DNA of 63,011 nucleotides, the filler included, from Neolecta irregularis DAH-3 (taxonomy: Eukaryota): assembly GCA_001929475.1 (NCBI GenBank). It is 15 parts of 15 records of this genome, joined end to end, with 100 filler letters (N's around TTAATTAATTAA, not from the genome) between each part and the next. Parts side by side here need not be neighbours in the genome. Positions count along the whole stretch, not along the records: positions 1 to 10,806 come from LXFE01003476.1; positions 10,907 to 20,809 come from LXFE01000382.1; 13 more parts are not named here. One strand, written 5' to 3'. The translations under genes and the position numbers were made by a program. A model generated the notes under the pieces. The model saw nothing but the letters and a program-made list of their open reading frames with translations. It was not told the DNA's origin and searched no databases. Within the stretch, counting starts at the first letter, position 1. Every line of letters starts with the position of its first letter. Below, in pieces: positions 1 through 12,677 of this stretch.

Positions 1-186
1 ATTTGAATTCTCGCAACAGACATGATGGGCGGATGAAATTGAGAAGGTTGGTAGATTATATAAGCATGGGTGATAAGGCTGATGGATTTTGGATGATTCC
101 ACGGGTGGGTCATTATAAATGGTACTTTATCAAAAGGTGAGGATTTTGCAGGTAGGACGGTCACAGATTTGGTGGTGACGTTGGAC
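1..186. repeat. Near-identical direct repeat of 10620-10806
   Basis: Matches 10620-10806 apart from one substitution (CATGGG/CACGGG) and a 1-nt indel. Confidence 0.9.
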
Positions 187-530
187 GATTCCACAGGTGG
201 GACAGAACAATAGGTCCTCTGCCCCTCTTGATCAAGAAATCAACAACTTTAAGAACCCTATCCGCTACTACCCTCCCATCACCACTCATTCTATTGCCAT
301 CCTTGTCACGACTTTAACCCTTGGATTCTGCCCGACAGCTTTCGTCTAATTTAGAACAATATTAAAAGTTTGAAGTAGATACTGTAGGCTGCCATCAGAT
401 ACATTAAATCTGCGGATTATCTAGAGTTCTGAAATTAAAGTAGATTAATATTTTACAAGTCCTTTGATAGGCGTTATTGTTCTTGGTCCCCGGATAAAAC
501 CAACAGTCGCCTAGACATGAATCCCTGGAT

Positions 531-2656
531 ATGAACCTTTCCCGACGCGACAGAACCATTTTATTCCTCATAGTCGCGTTATTTATCTTGACTCCTGATC
601 GATCTTCTTTAAATTCTGGATGGTTATCGGACGGAGGACTAGAATGGGAGTTGGAGCAACGTAATGCATTATTCAACTCATCTTTCAAGCATCCTGGAAA
701 TTTCACCGGTGTAAGAATTACATGCAATGTCTTCAAGTAATACGTCAGGTTGATTTTGAATTGCCGGAGCAAGTGTCGAGGCTTGTTGATATGTTGAACG
801 ATGGACCAGGACCGAGATTCTCGAATATCTCCAGTACCGGAAAACTGAAATGGAATCGTTTAGATTTGGAGAATGTCGCTCACGAGGAAAATGATACGTA
901 CCCGAGTCTGATAACTGCCGAGGCAGGGCTTTTGAATTTATTTCTCAGTTCGAGGGGCGAGGAGGAAGAGATTAAGCAGCTGAAAGTAAGTTCACCTAAA
1001 CACGTCACTGATTTCAGGCAAGAATTACAATCGCAAATAATGGGGAGAGACCATCCGATGAAATTTCGTTACTCGGAATACACTTTCCGAGTTCTGGGTT
1101 GGCTTTGTTGTCCAGTTCATCACGCAAGTTCGCATTGCAAACATCTTTGGCGTCTCACGTTGCTCAGGTACCCCGGGTTTGCTGCTTTACCATTACTCCT
1201 CCCAACGAATGCTTTATTTGAGCTTTCCAAAGATCTGATACTTAAAGTCCTGAATGAAACCATTCACGAGCATGAGGAGCAAGGAATGACGTCACCTTCA
1301 GCCCTCGATCTCGGAGCCCACAGTAGTTCATGTGAATGGCTGTTGTTCCTCCAGTGCAATACTGTTAATCTCTCTACCGAAGAAATCAAAACTATTGAGA
1401 GTCAACTACGCCAACCCTCTGGAGTGCCACACCCTCCAATACCAAAAATACCTTCTTCGGCGATTTTATTTTCTCCAGACTGTGGATCTGCTCTTTCTTG
1501 GTCAGCTGGAGAAACCATCAAAATCGAAAAGTATTATGATCAGGCGAGAAGTATTGCACATCTCACTTCGATTATAACCCTGTGTCAAATTTGGGTGTTG
1601 ATCTCACAAATGCAAAGAACCAACAGCCCTTCGGTAGGCTCTTGAATGTTTACGCAACTCAGATATTAGAGTCTTTCTAAACTCTCTATAATGACAATAC
1701 TGCTTCAGACTTTCATAGACGGATATCTCTGCATAATCGCTCTATCGTTGGCTATCTTTGTCCGTAAGCATCTTGAAGCTTTCATTGCTCTAAAGATATA
1801 GGTCCTTTATTTAGTACGTATATAACCCTTGCATTTTTCACCTTTATCTCTGTTCCCTTATTCGCGATGAGATACGTAATGCAAATTTATCGTCTCCAAA
1901 ATGGATCTGAGAACGATCTCTCGCGAGTTTACACGTTTTTCTACCTAATTCTCCTCTCGACTGTTTTTCTAAGCCTCGCTGCAATGAACTGGGAAATAAA
2001 TTCTCGAAATCGTTTCTTCAATCTCCTGATAATCATGGTGAACAGTTACTGGGTTCCGCAAATTTTTAGAAATGTTATTAAAGGTTTTTTGCAGGTATTG
2101 TAAAACCAAACTAATAATGAAAGGACATCGAAAGAGCTTTGACTGGTCTTATATCCTACCAATGTCACTTCTCCGACTTGGCTTACCTTGTTCAATATAT
2201 CTGAATCCTGAAAATGTGCTCTTCATAGGAGTTAATTATCGTATGCCGATTATATTGGTTTCATGGATAGCAATTCAACTCCTTGTGCTATTCATTCAAT
2301 TCTTCCTCGGTCCCCGGTTCTTCCTTCCTCGAACGGTAATGTCTCGAAATTGCTATCGACTCATAACCCAGTTATTTTCTCCCTCATACGACTATCATAT
2401 CATTCCACCAAGCGATATCGAGAACCCTTCTTCCGTACCATTTAATCAAACTTGTGCAATCTGCATGGATCAAATTGAACTGAGTGAGACTGTAATTGGT
2501 CGAAGAGGTAACATGCTTTGTCCGTGTCAGCATATTTTTCACACATCGTGCTTGGAAAATGTATGCCATACATGTCCAACCATGATACTTATGAAATAGT
2601 GGATGAAGATTCGTCTTATTTGTCCGACTTGCAGGTTTCCTTTACCTGCATTGTAG
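531..2656 (+). CDS. TUL1: Transmembrane E3 ubiquitin ligase Tul1/Dsc1 (multi-exon)
   Basis: N-terminal TM, lumenal domain (CEWLLFLQ, LFSPDCGSAL), TM block (SYWVPQIFRNV, LGPRFFLP) and C-terminal RING-H2 (CAICM...CPCQHIFHTSCLEN|WMKIRLICPTCR), joined across ~35-45 nt GT-AG introns. Confidence 0.9.
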
Positions 2657-3166
2657 TTGCGATGTCAGCCAACAGCATTATCATGAGACATCTATCGCTA
2701 ATTTGTACACACAACATCTCGATAATTGTTCAGCTACTTGTAATTTATTTGCCACAACAAATTTGTTCGGCATTGAGCTGGTTTGCCGAGATATTAAAAA
2801 AACAATATTCTTGACTTTTTCGCCCAAACCAAGATCATGAATTCATGCTCATACTTGCTTTTCGAGATATATAGATTGCAATATCGATGTAGATTACACT
2901 TTTCACCTGACGAACCAGTTTCAACTATAAAATGCCTTGTAGTTATTGATACCTTTCCACTCAGTCTCCCTCTAAATAACTCCTCGCGAAGACTCGCATT
3001 CTTTAAGACCAATATATGGGCCTGAGCTTTTTCAGAAACGCTGCAGGAATGTGCTGTTTTCCAAGGGGTTTAACCTGTTGTAATAATTTCAGACGTATAG
3101 ATTCGTAGCATGTGTTTCCTGAGGGCACTCAAACAACCAGACTTATGAAATGATTTCGTATCGATC

Positions 3167-3333
3167 ACTAAGGATATACCCTGGATACCCATACGGCAAG
3201 GTGGCTTGAAAGTATATATAGGCGGAAGTTAGATATTCCTACCCAAGTACGAATACTTAGGTTGTAAGAAGTACGAATGCTTAGGCTAGTTATAACACTT
3301 GGTCTTGTTGTTCTTCTAAGCGCATAACTTACA
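3167..3333 (+). mobile_element. Degenerate solo-LTR-like element, related to 22385/23073/50759
   Basis: Shares TAAGnATATAnCCT..CATACGG.AGG..GGCTTG start, TATA-like motif, CTTAGG internal repeats, CTTAGGCTAG...TGGTCTT block and CTTACA end. Confidence 0.5.
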
Positions 3334-3617
3334 ATCCCGGTGAATAGCCAATATTCGCCTAGAGTCCTTATAGTGGCTGTCAAGAATTTCCGATTTGAAA
3401 TTATTATTCGGATGGAAGGGACAGCTCAGTAGGTCGATAACCTAATGTCTTATTTACTAGGCCTATGGACAATAATTTATACATCGACGCAACGTCGAGG
3501 GGAACAAACTTATTGACCTACAAATAAAAACGACAACTGCAAAGAAAGAAAAACCTGCTTCAGCCGTAAGACCCAAAACTCCAAAATACTGCAAGACATT
3601 TTTCGGATGAGCGAATT

Positions 3618-4811
3618 CTACTTGTTTGACGATCCCAATTTCCCGACGTCTGTCTCGAAAGTGTTGATGGAGGCTGTGACTGATTCGGAACAGCTGAGAA
3701 GACCATCGCGACTACTTTGACTTCCGGCAAAAGGTTTGTATAATCTCTTGACTTGAACTTGCTCTCGTTTCCTCTCTTCGCCAAGGATATTGCGATCGAA
3801 ATTTGCGGAACTTAGTGCGGAACGAATTGATCGAAGACTGAAATCGATGGGTTTTGTCGGCGGCCGAGTCTTTGTTTCGCCAATTTCCTCTTCAAATACC
3901 ACACGCCCGAGGATCCCGTTTCTTGAGGTATGGAGTTCGGAATCTTCAATTCGTTCGTACCATTCGAGAACGAGGATAGGAGTTGCGCACATCAGAACCC
4001 ATCTATTTGTTAGGATAAACAATGATGAAAGTCGATACCGAATGAAGTCGCCGAATGCGAAAAAGAAGACCATCCAAACGTCTAGACAATAGAACATGAT
4101 TGGAATAATGATGCTGGAGTACGCCAAGAGCGCAATTGGAATGTTTTCCCATTTGTATGCGTGCGAAGCGACGGTAATGCTGTAATAGAGCACATAACTC
4201 AAAAAACACAGGCTAAGGATAATCTGAAATAACTTGGAGAGGGCCGAGACGCTTCCTTCCCATGCGGGCTCATCTAAAAAACAATCGAGGGAGTAGAATA
4301 GTAACTGGAACAACACCAGAATTATACCAACCCATTTGATGACCGTTTTATTTCGTTGTCGACGAGTGAGACGAATTAATATTTGGATATAAGTAATCCA
4401 AAGAAGCGTCGTACTGAATATCCTGAAAATCGCCAAGAAGATGCTGTTTGTAATGAGCTCTCGAGCTCCCTTTCCTGTAACACTTTTCAACTCGTACTGC
4501 CGTTTGAATTCTTGAGTTGTTAAAATCATGGCAATGGTCATTGATATTGTGACCGTAAGAGTTGCGATTTTGAGTAGCCAAGGCCTCCGACGTCGATGAA
4601 AAAGAACGAGGGCGAGGAGGATATAGGAAGTAACGCAAGCACCAGAGACTGCAAATGCCAGAGGAGCATTTGATGCGAAAAAAGGTTCATGGATAGCGTT
4701 GTTTCCTTGACTGCTGATGTTGGAAGGAGGTGGAAGGGTTGAAACTTGTAATGCTGCGAGTTGACCATGGTCGGATATTCCCGAACCTTCTAGATAAGAT
4801 TTTGAGGACAT
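3618..4811 (-). CDS. RIM21: PalH/Rim21 7-TM ambient pH sensor
   Basis: PFFASNAPLAF, RRPWLLK, LEWYERIE...GILGR motifs and multiple TMs; a 36-nt in-frame intron near 4003-4038. Confidence 0.85.
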   Translation of the reverse strand: MSSKSYLEGSGISDHGQLAALQVSTLPPPSNISSQGNNAIHEPFFASNAPLAFAVSGACVTSYILLALVLFHRRRRPWLLKIATLTVTISMTIAMILTTQEFKRQYELKSVTGKGARELITNSIFLAIFRIFSTTLLWITYIQILIRLTRRQRNKTVIKWVGIILVLFQLLFYSLDCFLDEPAWEGSVSALSKLFQIILSLCFLSYVLYYSITVASHAYKWENIPIALLAYSSIIIPIMFYCLDVWMVFFFAFGDFIRYRLSSLFILTNRWVLMCATPILVLEWYERIEDSELHTSRNGILGRVVFEEEIGETKTRPPTKPIDFSLRSIRSALSSANFDRNILGEERKREQVQVKRLYKPFAGSQSSRDGLLSCSESVTASINTFETDVGKLGSSNK

Positions 4812-6181
4812 ACCCCTTTTGATCCTGCTAAAATGCTTGGCTCCGCGTGTAATTGTCGAGACGAAGCAGTTGGCAGTAACCTCAAGGTGCAGTTTGCTTC
4901 AGGAAAATCCGCGCTGCTGTGGCTTGGTGGAGACTTGTCGCTGGCTAACGATCCAAGGTATATGAAATTGTCCTATATTTGCTCAAAACCAGAATACTTC
5001 TAGCTGAGTAAACAGAAAGACATCCTGTTGTTTTCCAGGTCATGTGCGTGGGTAAAAGTATGTCTAAAAGCAGCAAATTAACTGATACATTATCCATTTG
5101 GTGGCTTCTAAACAGTACATATTCCCTTCGTGCTAATAAAGATTAGGATATTCCACCTTCCCTGCCGAAAAAGTGCTGTCAATTGACGGCTGAATTATTT
5201 GACCAATGAACAATAGTCATAGTAAGTCGCCCGATTTCTTCCCAGGCTTACCCCGGTCTTTGCAAAGACGTATTAGCTCGCTACAAAACGGGTTGAGCAG
5301 TGCAATCATTAGATTCGTTTTATATATAAATAATGTTCAAGTTGGCTTTCATGTCTCAAACGTGATACTGTGGTGAAACATAAATACAGCCGAACCTGCT
5401 TATGACGAATGTGGCTTGGCAACGTGTTCATCGTTACAAGGCAGATTCATTACGCGTGATAGCAAAATAGAAACACAGGACACAGGATCCAAATCAATCC
5501 AATCCGAATAAATCAGAGCAATAACTTGATTCAGCAATTTATATTTATATGTATATGATTCGTCTTTGAACGCGTCTCCTATGACTACGAGAGAACGTCC
5601 CATTGTTCAACATGATCGGAAATTATTCAATGAATTCGCTTCGGAATCTCTTATGAAGTGTAGCTGCGCCGGATCCTGTTGCCTGGATATTGAGGTTACA
5701 TTAACTACTTTCAACTGGATCTCACATTTACTATACCTATTGAAAGCATCTGTACTTTTTCAGACAGAGGATCAACGATAGGTCAATTGTATTACTCAAT
5801 AACCACTGGTTTAAAGCCTTATTTCCAGACGAGGATTGGAGGTGGTGGGCACTCTGCATTTTTTGCTCATTTAGCAGAGCGGCATTTTAATTTGTTTTTT
5901 TATAACGAGGTTTGAAAGTAAGGTTTAAATTCGGTAGGTCCCATACAAATCACTGTTAAAGCCAGTTGAATTCGGTATAAGGAATTCGGTATACAGGGAA
6001 TACCACGCTCGCGTGTTGAGTTTGCAGTGCCCAGATTTAGCACCCAGTTGAAGCATAAATTAGAACGCCCCTTTATCCAGCCGGAAACGATCTTTCGATT
6101 CTTCTATTAACTACGACTCTTCCTCATATATTGTCACTCCAAGATGACGGCAGCCTCGTTCCACTGTCGAAAACCAGCCCA

Positions 6182-6601
6182 ATGGCAAGTTCGTAGGACA
6201 ACCCCTTTTCCGAATTTTCTGATCTAGAGAAATGCAGGGACGATATAACGTCTACTCCAGTGGAACCATGACGATGTACGAGACTGTAATCAATGGTCGA
6301 AGATGGATTACCAAGGAGCAACTTGGCGGGTGTATCCAAAAGATGCATGTTCCTGAAGACCTGTATAAACAAGGTCGTCATTTAGGATTAACTGGAAATC
6401 GCCTGTGGCATTTCTACTGGTGTGGAGAAATTCTTCCTGCTCGAAAACGAAGTATGTGTTGATTGAGTGATCACACTGACAGATGTAGAAAGGGCAGTAG
6501 ATCTAGACAGGGGTATCGTAGAGGATAATGTCCAAGCTGGATACCTTGCTCCTGCACAATTGCCCAGGAGAATATCGAGCGTCCCGGAGATGCTGAACTA
6601 A
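6182..6601 (+). CDS. Putative spliced orphan gene (5' end uncertain)
   Basis: ORF MQGRYNVY...ARKR joins via intron GTATGT...CTGACAG to NVERAVDLDRG...EMLN*; no recognisable family. Confidence 0.35.
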
Positions 6602-7058
6602 ATGTGTGGAGAATATTGAAATTATTGTTAGGATAACTTGGTTAATACAAATTCGAACAGCAAAGTCCCAGTCTCGGAAAGTTTCTCGGAAAGATGAGCA
6701 ATAGTCCGGTCATGGCTCTTTCTGAAGCATCAAAATGAATCTATGGAAGATGAGCCTACAAATTTCCTAAACTTTTATTCTCAGATTTACAATACTGTAA
6801 TGTGAGGCGCGTTGTAGATTTGACGACGTATGTGAATGATATATCGAATTTCCACAAGTTTGAGTGTTGAGGGTTAGAATGAGATTGGAAGGGTATTATC
6901 AGTCACGTACTATTCACAAAGTCATAAATGAAATCGAATGTACAAATATCAGCCGGATCGGGTCTGCTGGTGATTTAGATGGTAGGGAAATTACTGAATC
7001 GTCTTTAATCTCCTTTTTACCTTTTCGCTGAAACTAAGGACTATTACTATCTCTATGA

Positions 7059-7214
7059 AATTGTGTCTCGGGCGGTTGAGAAGGATAGATCCTACAAACT
7101 CGGGATGAATTGTGTCTCGGGCGGCAGTTGAAGGATGGATTATACGTCTGGATGAATTGTGTCTCGGGCGGTTGAGAAGGATGGATTCTACGTCTGGATG
7201 AATTGTGTCTCGGC
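7059..7214. repeat. ~47-bp tandem repeat, about 3.3 copies
   Basis: Recurrent AATTGTGTCTCGGGCGG(C/T)..GAAGGAT(G/A)GAT...GGATG units. Confidence 0.85.
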
Positions 7215-7656
7215 ATGAAAAGGATGTGTTGGGTCTTTAGTATCTTATTCTTTTCAAATGGTCTAGGTATATTTGGGACGTGACTCAAACATGATGCGAG
7301 GAATACATATACTGCATGTTATTTGTAAGACGAGTGTGATTAGCGGCAAGGATGTATCCCGGAAGCAGCAGCTTGTTTTATCGTGGAAGCAGTGTCCGGA
7401 CTCCGTACACTGGTTATTGTCGCATTTCTGATGGAAATAAGGCATCAGAACATGACGTACGAGACGGGGGCTAGACCGCGGCCGANNNNNNNNNNAATAG
7501 CAGACCCGACAGCAGACAGACAGACAGCGACAGAGGACCCGGCAGCAGACAGACAGCGACGGAGAGACACGGACGGCGCCTGAACCTCGTTCACATTCAC
7601 GGTCACGCCCGCCGCCGGCCAATCTTATCGCGCGCGCCGTGCCTGCCCGCCCCGCC

Positions 7657-9109
7657 ATGCCCGCCCGCCCCGCCAACGACCCGGACCCAGACCCGGACCT
7701 CGACCTCGACCTCGACCTCTCGTCGTCGCCCAGCATCCACAGCGAGGACGACATCGACTTCGACTATGTCTACGCCCTGCACACCTTCGTCGCCACCGTC
7801 GAGGGCCAGGCCACCGCCGCAAAGGGCGACACCCTCATCCTCCTCGACGACTCAAACTCCTACTGGTGGCTCGTCAAGCTGCTCAAGGACCAGTCCATCG
7901 GTCGCCCCTCTCCGCTCGCCGTGCTGACCTCTTCCCGCAGGCTACCTCCCCGCCGAGCACATCGAGACCCCCAGCGAGCGCCTCGCCCGCCTCAACAAGC
8001 ACCGCAACATCGACCTCGCCTCCTCCATGCTCGAAGACCACCTCGTGCCCCGCCCCTCCACCCGCTCCAGCCAGAAGAAGCTCCTCTTCCGCTCAAAACC
8101 CCTCAAGGCCGTCACCATCGCCGACCACGTCTCCGTCTTCCAGGTCGAACCCCTCGAATACTTGTCCGATTCAGAAAGCGACCTTGCCCCAGACCCCCAG
8201 GACCCCGCTATCCACATCGAGCCTGCAGACCCCAATGTCCTCGACTCCCCAGTCTCCAGAGCCCGCGCAGAGGGCAAAACAATGTCCGCCCTCTTCAACG
8301 ACCCAGAATCAGAAATAAAAGTCACCCTGACCCCAACAATCGCCCAGGAACTATCCTCCATCCCGCCCGCTCACCACACCCGCACGTCCTTTGACTCAAA
8401 CTCCGCATTCCCAGACGACCTGCCCTCCGAGACAAAAAAGAAGAAATCCAGCGTCTTTGGAAGTCTCTTCAAAAAGAAGAAGAAGACGAAAAAGTACGAC
8501 CATGACCCAGATTTTCTTGCAGACACAGAATTGTATGGAGACCGCCAAAGTAGCGTAGACACCTTGGGCGAACCTGCAATCGAGGAAATCCCAGAGGTTT
8601 TCTCCAACCGTTCCATGCGCTCATACTTTTAGAAGCCTCTCTTGAGGATTGATACCTCTTTGAATCAGGATATGAATGATGGAGCATCGCCTGAGAATGA
8701 TGGATCGGTGAATGACGAACCACTCCAAGACGAACTCCAAGACACACTCCAAGACAATCTCCAAGACGAACCCCTAGATCAAGAATCATCTAAACCTCAA
8801 ACTCTACTCGAAACAGACCTCCCCTTCGATTCATCCTACACAACAGAATCTCAAACAACTCCCTCATCGTCTACATCCCTTAAATCTCCAATAGAATGGA
8901 ATGATCCAGCTTTAAGAGCATTCATCAACGATCCCTTTTCAATACTCGAACTCGTTTTTCTAACTAGATATAATACTGCTCCTTCCTCACCTACTACTAC
9001 AAAAATCACCCCGGAAATTGCCGATATTTATTACCCCTCCCGAATTCGTTTGGACAATATTTCGAAACAGCTTGATTCTATCTTGGACCGAGTCTTGGAT
9101 TCACGGTAG
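7657..9109 (+). CDS. SH3-domain polarity protein, Tea4/Bud14 family (compact)
   Basis: SSSPSI..DIDFDYVYALHTFVATVEGQA...LDDSNSYWWLVK...G|YLPAEHIETPSERLARLNKHRN family signature; introns at 7901-7940 and ~8597-8632. Confidence 0.85.
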
Positions 9110-9431
9110 CATTCCCCTCTGGCCCTTCTTTTGTCCCGTCGTTGCGCTTTTGTCCCGTCGTTGCGTTTATTTATATTATATCAATCTTGTCACCCATATA
9201 TCATATGGGATACTAATTATATTAAAATGAAAAAAAGGTACTGGTAACGCGTGTTTACCCCCTGTTTTTCAAATAATCCATGCAATTACTCTTTTAAGAC
9301 TTATCTCGCGATATCTGAATTTCAATCTGGGATTTCTAATGACGATGACATGTATTCTATATTATATAGCTCCTCAAATGACCATTAAACTGATAACATC
9401 TCCACGTGTTCTGCGGATGTCTAGTTCGAAA

Positions 9432-10360
9432 TCATCGTGCGCTAGAAGGTGGAGGTGGATGTTTTCTAAGTTGTCCCACCATCAGATTCGGTCTTGATGG
9501 TCGTAATCTTCTGCGGATAGACACCACATAATACAAGAGCGCAAACGCGGCACCTAAATATAAGCTGGTGCAGACAAGACAAATACCCCCGAGATGACCC
9601 CAATGAGCAGTTTTACTTGAACCACCATATCCTGCCCCGTAAAAGAGATCATATCCAATAAATCCAATTGCACAAAACCAAGCTGGCACGGGAATTATCT
9701 AGATCCGTCAATTTCGCGACATACAGCGACACGTCAAACCCCCCCAACAGAAAAAGTTATTTTTGGCTTTAAAATAGCGACCATCGTGGTAATTCCCACA
9801 AGACTCCCACTCATTCCCAAAGCAGGAGGAACGGGTCTTTCATTGATCATCATTTGATAATACTGAGAGACGATATGTCCCATACCCCCCAGAGCTCCCG
9901 CACCGCAATATAGCACAATAAAACTACGACTTCCCAATAACGATATTGCAAGGCGTCCAAAGGACAAGTAAGTAAACAGATTAAAGAAAGCATGGTCGAA
10001 ATTCACATGCGATATTGTACTCGTGAGTAGATTCCAGATTCTTTTTTCACTTATCGTGGTATCCGCCGACACCATAAAATTCCTTGAAAGAAACATTTGC
10101 ATAGATTGGTCCTGGTTCTTAATAGCGTCCCGCCATAAGTAAAGAACGACTAGACTTCCTCCAATAGTTGCCGCCCAGAACATATGTCCCAAAGAATAAT
10201 CGGGTTTGTTGTCGCTAGTTGTAAGCGGCCTTTGTTGAGGACGATGAAAGATGGGCTTCATGGGTAACGAGAGTGAAAATCTGTTTCTGTTTTTGAGAGG
10301 AGAGTGCAACCGACTAGACTTGAGGCATCCGGAAAGGCCAAATGAATGGCGGAGTAGCAT
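9432..10360 (-). CDS. Rhomboid intramembrane serine protease, probably mitochondrial (PARL/Pcp1-like)
   Basis: Basic presequence, SH..FDHAFFN, catalytic GMSG and AHWGHLGG; two short introns. Confidence 0.85.
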
Positions 10361-10619
10361 TGCAGTGGATGGTGTTGAATGAAAATTTCTGACCATGATC
10401 GATCCCATTAGAAGTACCAAAAGGGTAAGGTGAGACAGTTTTGCATTCACGGTGGGGTAATGAATGGAAATATCAAATTATTTTTTCTTATTAACCTCAT
10501 TTTTGGTCTTATTTATAATATATCCACGTGTGACTTTCAAATACATGAGTATGCATCAGAAGTAGAAACATCCCTTCTATCTTCAGTTGTACCTTATTTG
10601 TTGTAGCGTTGTGGAATAC

Positions 10620-10806
10620 ATTTGAATTCTCGCAACAGACATGATGGGCGGATGAAATTGAGAAGGTTGGTAGATTATATAAGCACGGGTGATAAGGCTG
10701 ATGGATTTTGGATGATTCCACGGGTGGGTCATTATAAATGGGTACTTTATCAAAAGGTGAGGATTTTGCAGGTAGGACGGTCACAGATTTGGTGGTGACG
10801 TTGGAC
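10620..10806. repeat. Second copy of the 1-186 repeat, at a contig end
   Basis: Direct sequence match. Confidence 0.9.
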
Positions 10807-10907
10807 NNNNNNNNNNNNNNNNNNNNNNNNNNNNNNNNNNNNNNNNNNNNTTAATTAATTAANNNNNNNNNNNNNNNNNNNNNNNNNNNNNNNNNNNNNN
10901 NNNNNNA
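10807..10907. other. Artificial contig spacer N44-TTAATTAATTAA-N44; recurs at ~20810, 26061, 27334, 30338, 35844, 37156, 41161, 51060, 55693, 57009, 58287, 60050, 61417
   Basis: Identical six-frame-stop linker within Ns each time. Confidence 0.98.
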
Positions 10908-12321
10908 CCCCCGGCGCCGCCCGCCAGCCCCGAGCTGCCCTCCACCGACAGCATCATCCCCTTCATCGCGCCGCTCGCCTCAAACCTCTCGCACGAAATA
11001 CGCACTCCCCTGCAGGGCGTCATCGGCCTGCTCGACGTCCTCTACGCAACCCTCTACGCCGGCAACCCCCCGCCAGACCGCGACCCCCACGACGCAGACG
11101 TCGTCCAGCTCATCGAAACAATCCAGTCCAGCGGGAAACACCTGATGGACCTCATCGATAACATGAACGAGTACTGCGGCCCCCTCGAACTCGTGGCCAA
11201 AATAGAGCGATCCAGCCTCAGTAGCCCCCTCGCTAGCTCCCCCGCGTCCTCAAACCAACGCAAACGCAGAAGAAGCGAAGACAGCATCTCCCCTCCCCCC
11301 AAAATATTCCTAAAAGACAAAGAAGAAGAAGAAAAGGTCAATCTGTGTAGATTTGTCAAAGATGTCGTGCTGGACGCATGTAAAAGCCACGATGCAGTGT
11401 CCAGGTTTGGCCCGCATCGCGGTATTCGCGACGAACAGGGATCCCTCCAACTTCAATTGACCAGCTCTGACGATAAACGATTGCTTCTACAGGCCATCGT
11501 GGAAGATGGTGTTCCTGAATACATTTGGGTTGATCCTGATAAATTACAACAAGCGCTTATTCACGTCATTGTCAACGCGATAAAATTTACGGAAAGCGGA
11601 TCGGTAATGATTAATACGCGGCTTTCTTCGCCTGGTGAAATTACTTTCTCAGTCATCGATACAGGAATCGGCGTGCCGTCTGAATTAAAACCGCGTCTTT
11701 TTACCCCGTTCTCGCAGGCCGACTCAAGTACTACGCGCTGGAGAGACGGCGCCGGTCTTGGGTTGACGCTTGCTCGCCGTTCTATACGTTCGTTGCGCGG
11801 AGATGTTTGGCTGAATTCTTCTTCTTCTGGTGGTTCTGACTTTCGTATACGTTTTCCTATTGCACCTTATTCGCCCACCTCCTCCCTCTTCACTACATAC
11901 CCCATCAATGTCATGATTGTCGAAGATAACCCTATAAACAGACAAATGGCATACAGCATGTTGAAAAAATTAGGTTGGCTGGCTACTCATGTCACGTTAT
12001 GTGAACACGGCCAAGAAGCTGTCGATAAATTCTCGGGTCAGGAATTGGTCCTAATGGATTGTTGGATGCCTGTTCTTGACGGATTCGGCGCTACCAAACG
12101 GATACTTGAAATTTCTCAAGAACGCGGGTTTTGCACTGAAGTCGTGGCCATCACTGCCGATGCAATGAGCGAAAACCTTGAAAAAACCCTGCGCATCGGT
12201 ATGGCTGGATATGTATACCTAACTCTTGTCCTCAGTTTCGCTTATCCTTTAGGTTGTCAAACCTTTTCAGATAAAAGATTTGGAGCAGGTCGTTGTTCGA
12301 TTATTTGGAAGAAATCAATAA
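10908..12321 (+). CDS. Hybrid sensor histidine kinase (HisKA-HATPase-receiver), 5'-truncated
   Basis: H-box SHEIRTPLQGVIG, N-box NAIKFT, G1 DTGIG, G2 GAGLGL, receiver EDNPINR / MDCWMPVLDG / TADA / KP after the last intron. Confidence 0.92.
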
Positions 12322-12677
12322 CCCGCGGGGAATTCTAATGAATGCCCTTTTCCTCGATTTTAGTGATGCCTTTTACCTCTGTTGAAACCTAGATGCCTCT
12401 CCCTTCGGTTCCAATGATATCCCTTCGTCCGATTCCAATGATACCCTTCCCTCGGTGATATCCGAGATCGTCCCTTTTTTCCTGGTTGGTGCCGGAATAT
12501 ATTATATATATACATCTCTTGGCAAGTACACGTTTCTTTTTCTGCATAACTATATTTTGTTCATTTGTGTTTTGTATTATGAGACTTATTGTGGTTGGCG
12601 ATTGCATTGTTCAAGTACAAAAGTGTAGCATATGAAATGAGAAAAGGTTATGACGACGAGTTTCCAATATCACCTCT

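Noticed and set aside
722-1645. Apparent frameshifts or split ORFs in TUL1 and most other genes
   Set aside because: Fully explained by 30-45 nt introns; these are not pseudogenes or programmed frameshifts.
7059-7214. Regularly spaced repeats resembling a CRISPR array (also 57170-57330 and 22500-22580)
   Set aside because: The 'spacers' are similar to each other, there are no cas genes and the context is eukaryotic; these are ordinary minisatellites.
7600-8500. GC-rich genes as bacterial HGT or contamination
   Set aside because: They are eukaryote-specific families with spliceosomal introns, and GC grades smoothly into background within the same gene.
10851-10862. Recurrent TTAATTAATTAA motif
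   Set aside because: Artificial six-frame-stop linker between contigs; no clustering can be inferred across it.
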